NCBI GenBank assembly: GCA_009379825.1
Contig: WHTA01000014.1
Coordinates: 20,843 to 84,842 of the forward strand
Length of the DNA: 64,000 nt
Direction of reading: 5' to 3'
Source of the DNA: Streptosporangiales bacterium
Lineage (GTDB): Bacteria; Actinomycetota; Actinomycetes; Streptosporangiales; WHST01
This document shows positions 18,573-26,918 of the stretch, in pieces. Within the stretch, counting starts at the first letter, position 1; every line of letters starts with the position of its first letter. Position numbers and translations under genes: made by a program. A model generated the notes under the pieces. That model worked only from the letters and a program-made list of their open reading frames with translations, was not told the DNA's origin and did no database searches.

Positions 18573-18607
18573 GTGGTCCTCCTCGACCTGTTGCCGGAGG
18601 ACCGACA

Positions 18608-19096
18608 CTAGTTGTCGAACGGGAGGAGCAGGCTGCGCAACAGCCCGGCGAGCACGGTGCGTTGCTCTGCCGACAGCGACGCGAGCAGCTCACGCTCCTC
18701 GGCCAGCAGGTCGGCGAGCACGGCGTCGGCGGTCGCCCGGCCGCGGTCGGTGAGCCGGATCCGCGCGCCGCGACCGTCCCGCGGGTCCGGGTGCCGGGAG
18801 ACCAGCCCGGAGGCAGCCAGCCGCTGGATCCGGTTGGTCATGGTGCCCGAGGTCACCAGGGTGGCCTTCAGCAACGCGGTCGGGCTCAGCTCGTACGGTG
18901 GGCCGGTGCGGCGCAACGTGGTGAGGACGTCGAACTCCCAGGCCTCCAGGTCGTGCCCGTCGAGCACCTTGCGCCTGGCCAGGTCCAGGTGCCTGGCCAG
19001 CCTGGACACCCGGCTGAGCACCTCGAGCGGCGCGACGTCGAGGTCCGGGCGCTCCCTGCGCCAGGCCTCGACCAGCCGATCCACTTCGTCCTGCAC
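18608..19096 (-). CDS. MarR-family transcriptional regulator
   Basis: 162 aa with a winged-helix MarR pattern (...LTTLRRTGPPYELSPTALLKATLVTSGTMTNRIQRLAASGLVSRHPDPRDGRGARIRLTDRG...). GTG start. It sits directly upstream of the MetE-like gene. Confidence 0.85.
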   Translation of the reverse strand: MQDEVDRLVEAWRRERPDLDVAPLEVLSRVSRLARHLDLARRKVLDGHDLEAWEFDVLTTLRRTGPPYELSPTALLKATLVTSGTMTNRIQRLAASGLVSRHPDPRDGRGARIRLTDRGRATADAVLADLLAEERELLASLSAEQRTVLAGLLRSLLLPFDN

Positions 19097-19102
19097 ACAA
19101 CC

Positions 19103-19117
19103 ATCTTGACATCAAGA
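19103..19117. promoter_or_regulatory. AT-rich palindrome ATCTTGACATCAAGA immediately upstream of marR
   Basis: TCTTGA-CA-TCAAGA read directly, starting 8 nt upstream of the marR GTG. A near-identical copy lies at 24766-24780. Confidence 0.45.
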
Positions 19118-19152
19118 GACCACCGACTGACGACACCGGGCCGATTGCCGGC

Positions 19153-21114
19153 TCAGCCGCGTCTGCGGGTGCGTAGGTAGTCGCTGATCACCGCGGGGCC
19201 CAGGCCGTCCAGGTCGGGGGAAACGACGCGGCCGGCGCCGCGTCTGGCGAGGACGTCCACTATCGCCTCCAGGCGGGCCTCGTCGCCCAGCCGGAAGACG
19301 GTGAGGGTGGCGCCCGCGCGGGCGAGGTCGTCGACGGCCGCGAGGGTGCGGCCGAGGGTCTCGGCCAGCGGCGGGTAGCTGAACACCGCCTCGCCGTCCG
19401 GTTCCAGGTGAGCGGTGGGCTCGCCGTCGGTCACCACGAGCACCACCGGCTGCGCGCCCGGGTGCCTGCGTACGTGCTGCCTGGCGAGCAGCAGCGCGTG
19501 GTGCAGGTTGGTGCCCTGCTCGTACGCGCCCTCCAGGCCGACCAGCTCGCCGAGCCGCAGCTCCTGCGCGTGCCTGCCGAAGCCGATCAGGCTCAGCGCG
19601 TCGCCGCGGAAGCGGGTGCTGACCACGTGGTGCAGCGCCAGTGCGGTGCGCTTCATCGGCGCCCAGCGGCCTTCCGCCACCATCGACCACGACGTGTCCA
19701 CGCACAGTGCTACGGCCGTCTGGGTACGCGACTCGGTCTCCACCACCTCGATGTCCGCGGCGCTCAGCTCGACCCGGCCGGTGAGCGGCTGGCCGTCGGA
19801 CGCCGTACGCAGCATGGCGTTGCGCACGGTCGCGGTGGTGGCGAACGGCTGCGCGTCCCCGAACTGCCACGGCCTGGTCTCCCCGGTCGCCTCGCCGGCG
19901 GCACCGGCGGACGTGTCTACGTGCTCGCCGCGCCTGGCGATCTCGCTCACCAGGTCGCGGAACGCGGTCTCGCCCAGCTGGCGCAGCGCCTTGGGCGACA
20001 GCAGCAGCGACCCGTCGGGCGCCCGGTCGACCAGGCCGCGCGCGGCCAGCTCGCGGGCCAGCTCGCGCAACCGCTGTACGTCCACCGCGGCCTCGTCGCC
20101 GACCAGGTCGCGTAGCGAGTCGATGTCGATGTCGTCGAGGTTGGCGCCCGGGTACATCTGGCCGAGCTGCTCGAGCAGCGCGTCCAGGTCGCTGAGCTCC
20201 TGCATCATGTCGGTCGCCTCGCCCATGCCGAGCGGGTCCTGACCCTGGAAGCGCTCGCCGGAGTACCAGTCCTCGCCCGGCCTGGCCTGCTGCAGCCTGG
20301 CGTCCAGCTCGGCCAGGCTGGCGGCCAGCCGCTGGTCGCCGAACGCCTGCGCGGCCAGCTCACCCAGCTCGGCGCGCTGCTGCTCGGACAGCGAGTTCAT
20401 CATCCGCTGCGCGGCGGCCGCGCGGGCGGCGAGCGAGTCGATGAGCTCCTCGACGTCGCGCGGCTGCTCGGGGAAGAACGAGCCGTGCTGCTCCATGAAC
20501 TGCTCGAACTTCTGCTGCGTGTCGGGGTCGCCCCTGGCATGCGCGGCGAGCAGGTCGTTCAGGTCGGCGAGCATCTCGCGGACGCGCTCGACGTCCTCGG
20601 GCGTGACGCTCTGCATCGCCTGCTTCATGCCCTCGAACCGCGAGTCGAGCAGGTCGCGGCCGAGCAGCTGCTGGATCTGCTCGTACGCCTCGCGCGCCTC
20701 CGGCGACCGCCAGTCGTACTCGGCGAGCTCGCGGACGGCCTGACCGGTGGAGTCTGGCAGCGCGTCCAGCTGGAGCTGCCGGAACATGGCGTCTTCGGAG
20801 TCGTCGCCGGCCAGCGCCGACCGCTCCGCCTGCACCGCCTGGTCGAGCAGCCGCCGCACTTCCTGCAGCGTGCCGTCGAGCCGGTTCTCTCTGGTCAGCT
20901 CCGACCGACGTCGCCACGCCTTCGCGGCGACGTCGTCCAGGCCGCGCTGGCCGCTGACGCCGCGGCGCAGCAGCTCGCGCATCGCGTTGCGCACCGACGA
21001 CCCGTCGAGCACGTCGCGGCCGATCGCCTCGATCGCCTCCCGCAGGTTGCGCGGGCGGGCCAACGGGTCCGGCCCACCGTGCCAACGGCCGTAGGTGAAT
21101 CGGCGGTTGCTCAC
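19153..21114 (-). CDS. vWA (von Willebrand factor A) domain protein, CoxE/MoxR-partner type
   Basis: GTG at 21114 (VSNRRFTYGRWHGGPDP...). A long helical acidic middle region is followed by a C-terminal vWA with a MIDAS-like DTSWSM motif. The upstream part of the 840-aa ORF is an antisense artefact over ppgK. Confidence 0.8.
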   Translation of the reverse strand: MSNRRFTYGRWHGGPDPLARPRNLREAIEAIGRDVLDGSSVRNAMRELLRRGVSGQRGLDDVAAKAWRRRSELTRENRLDGTLQEVRRLLDQAVQAERSALAGDDSEDAMFRQLQLDALPDSTGQAVRELAEYDWRSPEAREAYEQIQQLLGRDLLDSRFEGMKQAMQSVTPEDVERVREMLADLNDLLAAHARGDPDTQQKFEQFMEQHGSFFPEQPRDVEELIDSLAARAAAAQRMMNSLSEQQRAELGELAAQAFGDQRLAASLAELDARLQQARPGEDWYSGERFQGQDPLGMGEATDMMQELSDLDALLEQLGQMYPGANLDDIDIDSLRDLVGDEAAVDVQRLRELARELAARGLVDRAPDGSLLLSPKALRQLGETAFRDLVSEIARRGEHVDTSAGAAGEATGETRPWQFGDAQPFATTATVRNAMLRTASDGQPLTGRVELSAADIEVVETESRTQTAVALCVDTSWSMVAEGRWAPMKRTALALHHVVSTRFRGDALSLIGFGRHAQELRLGELVGLEGAYEQGTNLHHALLLARQHVRRHPGAQPVVLVVTDGEPTAHLEPDGEAVFSYPPLAETLGRTLAAVDDLARAGATLTVFRLGDEARLEAIVDVLARRGAGRVVSPDLDGLGPAVISDYLRTRRRG

Positions 21115-21193
21115 CCTTTGGACGCTACGTCGCGGATCGCGGTACCGGTAGGGTGCGCGACGAGAGCGTGTTCGGGGTCGAGGGAGTCCATCG

Positions 21194-21955
21194 ATGGCAA
21201 AGCGTTCCCGTGGTTTCGGCGTCGACATCGGGGGGACCGGCATGAAGGGCGCGCCGGTCGACCTGGAGGCCGGCGAGTTCGCGAAGGAACGGGTCAGGAT
21301 CCCCACCCCGGACCCGTCCACGCCGCAGGCCGTGGCGGCAGTCGTCGCCGAGATCGTCGGCGAGTTCGGCACCGACGTGGACGGCTGCCCGATCGGCGTG
21401 ACGGTGCCTGCCGTGGTGAAGGACAACGTCGTACGTACGGCCGCCAACATCGACCCGTCCTGGGTCGGTACCGACGCCGACACGCTGTTCGACAAGGTGC
21501 TCGAGCGGGACGTGTTCGTGGTCAACGACGCCGACGCCGCGGGGGTGGCCGAGGCGAGGTACGGCGCCGCGCGTGACGCCAGCGGCCTGGTGCTGATGAC
21601 CACCCTCGGCACCGGCATCGGCACGGCGTTGCTGTACAACGGCGAGCTGATCCCGAACAGCGAGCTCGGCCACATCGAGATCGACGGGCACGACGCCGAG
21701 GACGCCGCTGCTGCCAGGCAGCGCGAGGAGGAGGACCTGTCCTGGGCGGACTGGGCGGCCCGGTTGCAGCGCTACTACGCGACCATCGAGGACCTGCTGT
21801 GGCCGGACCTGATCGTGGTCGGCGGCGGCGTCAGCAAGAAGGCGGAGCACTTCCTGCCGCTGCTGCACCTGCGCGCCCCCATCGTGGCGGCGCAGCTGCA
21901 GAACACCGCAGGGGTGATCGGCGCCGCCGTAGTCGCCGCCGAGCGCGCCCGCTAG
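21194..21955 (+). CDS. ppgK: polyphosphate glucokinase (ROK family)
   Basis: N-terminal FGVDIGGTGMKGAPVDL motif, overall ROK pattern and a GAGGGAG SD. Its stop overlaps the convergent AAA+ gene stop within CTAG (21952-21955). Confidence 0.85.
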   Translation: MAKRSRGFGVDIGGTGMKGAPVDLEAGEFAKERVRIPTPDPSTPQAVAAVVAEIVGEFGTDVDGCPIGVTVPAVVKDNVVRTAANIDPSWVGTDADTLFDKVLERDVFVVNDADAAGVAEARYGAARDASGLVLMTTLGTGIGTALLYNGELIPNSELGHIEIDGHDAEDAAAARQREEEDLSWADWAARLQRYYATIEDLLWPDLIVVGGGVSKKAEHFLPLLHLRAPIVAAQLQNTAGVIGAAVVAAERAR

Positions 21956-23391
21956 CCGAACTCGGGCTCCTCGCTGGTGAAGACGGTACGGTCGTCGTCG
22001 TCGGTGTCCTTGGCGAGGCGTCGGGCCAGGTAGAGGGCCTCGCAGGCGAGCTCGATGGCGGCGGCTGCGCGGCCGACAGGGTCGCCTTCGCCGACGCCGA
22101 GCCGGTGCAGCACCTCGGTGGCCGCGGCGCTGCCGGCGAGTGCCTGCGCGACGTCCGCGGCGGGCACGTCAGGGCCGGTCACCACGCGGTGGCCACCCGC
22201 GACCGCCTCGGCCAGCGGCGCCAGGTCCACACCGGCCAGCCGGGTGCGGGCGGTGTCCGCGATCGAGCGGCGCAGCAGGTGGGTGAGCAGCTCGTCCACG
22301 TCCGCGTCGTCGGACGCCGCGAGCCCGGTCTCGAACTCCAGCTTGCCGCGCAGCACCGCGGGTACGGCGTTCAGGTCGACCGGACGGGCCACCGGCTGGT
22401 CCTCGCCCGCGACCGCCCCGCGCCGCAGCGCGGCCGCGCTGACCGTCTCGACCGCGGCGATCGCGAACCTGGCGGAGACGCCGGACCGCTGGTCGACCTC
22501 GGGTGCCTCGCGCAGGTGCCTGGCGAACCGCGCCGCCACCTCCACCAGGTGGTCGGGCACGTCGGCGACGGTCGCCGCCTCCTGACCGATAAGCGCGACC
22601 TCGTCGTCGACGGCCAGCGGGTAGTGCGTACGGATCTCCGCGCCGAACCGGTCCTTCAGCGGCGTGATGATGCGGCCCCTGTTGGTGTAGTCCTCCGGGT
22701 TCGCCGACGCCACGAGCAGCACGTCGAGCGGCAGCCGCAGCAGGTAGCCGCGTACCTGGATGTCGCGCTCCTCCATTACGTTCAGCAGCGCCACCTGGAT
22801 GCGCTCGGCGAGGTCGGGCAGCTCGTTGACGGTGACGATGCCGCGGTGGGCGCGGGGGACGAGGCCGTAGTGGATGGTCTCCGGGTCGCCGAGGCTGCGG
22901 CCCTCGGCCACCTTCACCGGGTCGACGTCGCCGACCAGGTCGCCGACGGACGTGTCCGGCGTGGCCAGCTTCTCCGCGTACCGCTGCGACCGGTGCCGCC
23001 ACGCGATCGGCAGGTCGTCGCCAAGCTCCTGCGCGCGGCGGATCGACCGCGGCGTGATCGGCTGCAGCGGGTGCTCGCCCAGCTCGGCGCCTTCGATCAC
23101 CGGGCTCCACTCGTCGAGCAGCCCGATCAGCGAACGCAGCAGCCGGGTCTTGCCCTGCCCGCGCTCGCCGAGTAGCACGACGTCGTGGCCGGCGAGCAGC
23201 GCGCGCTCCAGCTGGGGGAGCACGGTCTCGCCGAAGCCGACGATGCCCGGCCACGGGTCCCGGCCGGCGCGCAGCGCGGCGAGCAGGTTGTCGCGGATCT
23301 CGGTACGCACACTGCGCGCTTCCTGCCCGGCGGCGCGCAGGCCACCGACAGTGCGCGGCAGGTCGGATGGAGGGGTGAGTACGTCAGTCAC
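21952..23391 (-). CDS. AAA+ ATPase, Mg-chelatase ChlI/MoxR-like ('sigma-54-interaction-domain-like')
   Basis: Walker A LLGERGQGKTRL and Walker B-like region VTVNELPDL. About 480 aa, the usual partner type for the vWA protein above. Confidence 0.75.
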   Translation of the reverse strand: MTDVLTPPSDLPRTVGGLRAAGQEARSVRTEIRDNLLAALRAGRDPWPGIVGFGETVLPQLERALLAGHDVVLLGERGQGKTRLLRSLIGLLDEWSPVIEGAELGEHPLQPITPRSIRRAQELGDDLPIAWRHRSQRYAEKLATPDTSVGDLVGDVDPVKVAEGRSLGDPETIHYGLVPRAHRGIVTVNELPDLAERIQVALLNVMEERDIQVRGYLLRLPLDVLLVASANPEDYTNRGRIITPLKDRFGAEIRTHYPLAVDDEVALIGQEAATVADVPDHLVEVAARFARHLREAPEVDQRSGVSARFAIAAVETVSAAALRRGAVAGEDQPVARPVDLNAVPAVLRGKLEFETGLAASDDADVDELLTHLLRRSIADTARTRLAGVDLAPLAEAVAGGHRVVTGPDVPAADVAQALAGSAAATEVLHRLGVGEGDPVGRAAAAIELACEALYLARRLAKDTDDDDRTVFTSEEPEFG

Positions 23392-23404
23392 GTCACCGAA
23401 ACTA

Positions 23405-23420
23405 CGTCGGAAACCCGACG
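23405..23420. terminator. short hairpin CGTCGG-aaac-CCGACG between the GH63 stop and the AAA+ start
   Basis: 6-bp stem and 4-nt loop read directly. There is no clear U-tract, so this is a weak call. Confidence 0.25.
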
Positions 23421-23428
23421 GGTGCGAA

Positions 23429-24742
23429 CTAGCGTTCGGCCAGCCACGCCAGCGTCACGGCCGCCGTCCACGACTGCGCGCGGCTGCCGAGCGGCTCGCC
23501 GGTGAACGGCTCGTAGTACTCGGCGAAACTGCCGTCGTCGAGCTGGTGCAGGGCCTCCTCGCGGAACCTGCCGGCCAGCTCGTCATCGCCGCGGCGGCTC
23601 GCCGCCCAGCAGAACAGCCAGGTGAGCACCGGCCACTGCGGCCCGCGCCAGTACGCGCGGCGGTGGAACTCCGGCGCGAGCGGTGACGTTGTCGGCGGCA
23701 ACGCGTGCCGCAGCCGCGGGTACCCGCACCACCGCGGGCCGATCAGGAGCGCGCGCTGGCGCTCTACGAGAGCGTCGTCGGCGCCGCACAGCAGCGGCGC
23801 GAAGCCGCCGACCGTCTCGCCGGCGAGCCACTCGCCGGTGCGGACGTCGCGGTCGCGGGCCAGCCCACTGCCGTCGTCGACGGTGCCAGACACCCCGGCG
23901 CGGAACCGGTCGGCCAGCTGTCGAAGCTCGGTGCCGGCAGCGTCGCGCCCGAGGTCGTCGGCGAGCTCGGCGAGCACCTCGCTGCTCACCGCGAACACCG
24001 CGGACATGAACACGTCCGCGACCCGGAAGTCGCAGCCCCGCGCCGCGTCGTCGGCGTACCGGACGCCGGCGAGCTGGTCGACCAGCCAGACGTAGCGGCG
24101 GTAGTCGAGGTCAGACGGGCGCTCGCTCGGGTCGCGCACGTGGGCGGTGTCACGGCGTTCGAACGGCTCCATGGCACCCGGGTGCACGCGCGCGTACGGC
24201 GCGTCCCACCGCGGCGAGTTGTCCATGCCGGACTCCCAGCCGTGGTTGATCTCCAGCAGGCCGGCGCGGCCGGGGTCGCGGGCGGTGGCGAGCCAGCGGT
24301 GCCAGGCCAGCCAGCTGTCGAAGCTGGCGGCGAGGAAGTCCTCGGCCGTGCGGCGGTCGGCCTGGCCGTTGCGGCGGGCGACCGCCACCAGGTGCGCGAG
24401 CGCCAGGCTGTGTACGGGCGGCTGGCAGATGCCGGACGTCGCGACGCCGCGCGGTGCGTACGGCGACTCCTGGCTGCGCCACCGCTGCGGGCCGGGGAAG
24501 TAGCCGGACGCGTCGCCGAACACGATGTGCGGGATCATCCCCGTGCTCCACTGGCCGGCGAGCAGGCTGGTCAGCTCGGTGATCGCCCGCGGCACACAGA
24601 GGTGGGCCAGGCCGATCGCGATGAACGCGGCGTCCCAGCTCCACTGGTGCGGGTACAGCCGCGGGGCGGCGGCCGTCATCCGGCCGCGGTCGTTGCCGCG
24701 CAGCACGGCCGCGGCACCGGCGGCGAGCTCACTGTGGTGCAC
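23429..24742 (-). CDS. GH63-family glycoside hydrolase (glucosylglycerate/mannosylglycerate hydrolase-like)
   Basis: The blocks LRGNDRGRMTAAAPRLYPHQWSWDAAFIAIGL and QWSTGMIPHIVF...GYFPGP...SGICQPPVH resemble mycobacterial glucosylglycerate hydrolase as I recall it. Start is uncertain: the GTG at 24742 is preferred because the ATG at 24802 would abut the tam start. Confidence 0.65.
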   Translation of the reverse strand: MHHSELAAGAAAVLRGNDRGRMTAAAPRLYPHQWSWDAAFIAIGLAHLCVPRAITELTSLLAGQWSTGMIPHIVFGDASGYFPGPQRWRSQESPYAPRGVATSGICQPPVHSLALAHLVAVARRNGQADRRTAEDFLAASFDSWLAWHRWLATARDPGRAGLLEINHGWESGMDNSPRWDAPYARVHPGAMEPFERRDTAHVRDPSERPSDLDYRRYVWLVDQLAGVRYADDAARGCDFRVADVFMSAVFAVSSEVLAELADDLGRDAAGTELRQLADRFRAGVSGTVDDGSGLARDRDVRTGEWLAGETVGGFAPLLCGADDALVERQRALLIGPRWCGYPRLRHALPPTTSPLAPEFHRRAYWRGPQWPVLTWLFCWAASRRGDDELAGRFREEALHQLDDGSFAEYYEPFTGEPLGSRAQSWTAAVTLAWLAER

Positions 24743-24765
24743 GGCGCCCAGTCTGCCGAGGATGT

Positions 24766-24780
24766 ATCTTGATATCAAGC
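24766..24780. promoter_or_regulatory. AT-rich palindrome ATCTTGATATCAAGC in the GH63/tam divergent region
   Basis: Perfect 12-nt palindrome CTTGATATCAAG at 24768-24779. It matches the marR-proximal site at 13/15 positions. Confidence 0.45.
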
Positions 24781-24800
24781 TACCCGGGAAGGTGCCTGGC

Positions 24801-25577
24801 ATGTGGGATGCGAAACAGTACGACCGGTTCGCCGACGACCGGATCAGGCCGTTCTACGACCTGGTGCGGCGGGTCGGTGCCGAGCGGCCGCACCAGGTGG
24901 TCGACCTCGGCTGCGGCACCGGCGCGGCGACCGCCTCGCTCGCGCAGCGGTGGCCGCACGCGCGGGTGACCGGCATCGACAACTCGACGCAGATGCTCGA
25001 CCAGGCCGCGCAGCACGAGCTGCCCGGCCGGCTGACCTTCGAGCAGGCCGACCTGGCGAAGTGGACGCCGGCCGAGCCGGTGGACGTGCTGGTGTCGAAC
25101 GCCGCGCTGCAGTGGGTGCCTGGGCACCGGGAGCTGCTGCCCGCGTTCGTGTCGTGGCTAGCGCCCGGTGGCTGGTTGGCGTTCCAGGTGCCTGGCAACT
25201 TCCGCGCGCCCGCCCACCGGCTGCTCACCGAGCTGCGGCAGTCACCGCGCTGGCGGGACCTGGTCGGCGCGGGCGCGGACCGACACCTGGTCGTCGCGGA
25301 GCCGGCCGAGTACCTGGCCGAGCTCGCCGGCCTCGGGTGCCTGGTGGACGCCTGGGAGACGACGTACCTGCACGTCCTGCCTGGCGAGGACGCCGTGCTC
25401 GACTGGATGAAGGGCACCGGCCTGCGACCGGTGCTCGACGCCCTGGCGGAGCCGCAGCAGGCGGAGTTCCTCGCCGAGTACGGCGCCCTGCTGCGCGAGG
25501 AGTTCCCGCGTCGGCCCTGGGGCACCGTGCTCGAGTTCCGGCGCATCTTCGTGGTGGCGCACCTCGACCGCGACTAG
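24801..25577 (+). CDS. tam: trans-aconitate 2-methyltransferase
   Basis: MWDAKQYDRFADDRIRPFYDLV start and SAM motif VVDLGCGTGAAT. About 258 aa, typical of the Tam family. Confidence 0.8.
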   Translation: MWDAKQYDRFADDRIRPFYDLVRRVGAERPHQVVDLGCGTGAATASLAQRWPHARVTGIDNSTQMLDQAAQHELPGRLTFEQADLAKWTPAEPVDVLVSNAALQWVPGHRELLPAFVSWLAPGGWLAFQVPGNFRAPAHRLLTELRQSPRWRDLVGAGADRHLVVAEPAEYLAELAGLGCLVDAWETTYLHVLPGEDAVLDWMKGTGLRPVLDALAEPQQAEFLAEYGALLREEFPRRPWGTVLEFRRIFVVAHLDRD

Positions 25578-25915
25578 TCGCTGCGGATCTCTGCGTCGTT
25601 GCCCGGGTGGAGTTGCTCGCCGAGTTTGGTGCCCTGCTCAGGCATGGGTTCCGGTGTGGGTGGTGTCCCTCGAGCACGTGTGATGCTCTAGTCGCTGCGG
25701 ATGTCTGCGTCGTTGCCCGGGTGGAGTTGCTCGCCGAGTTTGGTGCCCTGCGCGGGCATGGGTTCCGGTGTGGGTGGTGTCCCTCGAGCACGTGTGATGC
25801 TCTAGTCGCTGCGGATGTCTGCGTCGTTGCCCGGGTGGAGTTGCTCGCCGAGTTTGGTGCCCTGCGCGGGCATGGGTTCCGGTGTGGGTGGCGTCCCTCG
25901 AGCACGTGTGATGCT
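25574..25915. repeat. tandem repeat, 3 x 114 bp (25574-25687, 25688-25801, 25802-25915)
   Basis: Read directly. Copy 1 and copy 2 differ at 3 nt; copy 2 and copy 3 differ at 1 nt. Every unit starts with CTAG, and a fourth CTAG begins the DUF62 gene end. Confidence 0.95.
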
Positions 25916-26737
25916 CTAGTCGCCGCGGATCTCTACGTCGTCGCCGACGGTGGCGCCGAGCGCGTGCGCGGCGCTGCCCTCGTTCACCGCAAGCTCCAGC
26001 GCCCCGGCGGAGTCGACGTACAGCACCAGGGTGCCAGGCGGCACCTCGCCGTACGACTTCGTGCGCAGCGCCCGGGTCACCGCGCCGTTGGTCGTCACCT
26101 TCACCTCGCTGGCACCCGCGAGGCCGACCTGCTCCAGGTGGTGCAGCCGGGTGGCCAGCTGCACGTTGCCGTACGTGTCGACGTCCACGATCTCCGCGGT
26201 GAGGCAGCCGTTGGCGGTCGCGATCCGCGGCGTCGGCAGCCGCACGAGGGTCGCCGGGTCGATCGGCTCGCCGAGGTCGGTGAGCGCGCAGCCGCTGGCC
26301 AGCTGTCCCGCGCTCGGCGCGAACACGTCCCTGCCGTGGAAGGTGGCGGACACCGGCATGAGGAACCGGTCGGTGTTGGTGAGCGCCACCGCCTCCCGCG
26401 GCGCGCCGAGCGCGTCCGCCGCCGCGATCAGCAGGCCGTTGTCCGGCCCGACGAGCACGCTGTCGCCGGCCCGGACGGCCACCGCCCTGCGGTCGGTGCC
26501 CACCCCAGGGTCGACGATGGCCAGGTGGACGGCGCCGGTGAACCACGGCACCGTCCGCGCCAGCACCAGGGCGGCATGGCGGATGTCCTGCGCCGGCACG
26601 GTGTGCGTCACGTCGACGACGTCCGCGTGCGGGGCGAACCGGCGCAGCACGCCCTTGCAGATCGCCACGTACGAGTCGTCGATGCCGAAGTCACTGGTGA
26701 ACGTGACCAAGTCGAAGCGGTCGGCGGCAGCCGTCAT
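25916..26737 (-). CDS. SAM hydrolase / SAM hydroxide adenosyltransferase (DUF62, chlorinase/fluorinase-like family)
   Basis: LVTFTSDFGIDDSYVAICKGV N-terminal motif, plus AIVDPGVGT and FHGRDVFAP blocks characteristic of DUF62. Confidence 0.85.
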   Translation of the reverse strand: MTAAADRFDLVTFTSDFGIDDSYVAICKGVLRRFAPHADVVDVTHTVPAQDIRHAALVLARTVPWFTGAVHLAIVDPGVGTDRRAVAVRAGDSVLVGPDNGLLIAAADALGAPREAVALTNTDRFLMPVSATFHGRDVFAPSAGQLASGCALTDLGEPIDPATLVRLPTPRIATANGCLTAEIVDVDTYGNVQLATRLHHLEQVGLAGASEVKVTTNGAVTRALRTKSYGEVPPGTLVLYVDSAGALELAVNEGSAAHALGATVGDDVEIRGD

Positions 26738-26846
26738 CGGCGTCTCCTGTCCGGCTGTACACCTTCAAGTTTGCCGCGTACGACGGCGAAGTACCTAGTA
26801 TCGATCGCCGCGGAAAGGGCGGACGGTACTGTGGGCCATGATCCGG

Positions 26847-26918
26847 TCCCGGGTGGTGTAATCGGCAACACCCATGGTTTTGGTCCATGTGTTAGGGGTT
26901 CGAGTCCTCTCCCGGGAG
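26847..26918 (+). tRNA. tRNA-Gln (anticodon UUG)
   Basis: Manual cloverleaf, 72 nt, CCA not encoded. Acceptor stem TCCCGGG/CCCGGGA, D-arm GTGT..ACAC, anticodon stem CATGG/CCATG with loop TTTTGGT (anticodon TTG), and T-arm AGGGG-TTCGAGT-CCTCT. Confidence 0.9.

Noticed and set aside
17106-18608. 500-aa minus-strand ORF suggesting a long fusion protein.
   Set aside because: Only its first ~160 codons are MetE-like. After the frame lesion it continues as Arg/Gly-rich out-of-frame sequence over the true C-terminal frame (17357-18058) and into the antisense of the EamA gene.
25574-25915. Possible CRISPR array.
   Set aside because: The units are directly abutting 114-bp repeats with no unique spacers and no cas genes nearby. 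The repeat length is far outside the CRISPR range.
26847-26918. tRNA-Gln as an integration site for a genomic island.
   Set aside because: No integrase, recombinase or transposase gene lies nearby, and I noticed no duplicated tRNA 3'-end direct repeat downstream. The flanking genes (DUF62, glmU-prs) are core-type, and tRNA-Gln-glmU adjacency is common in actinobacteria.
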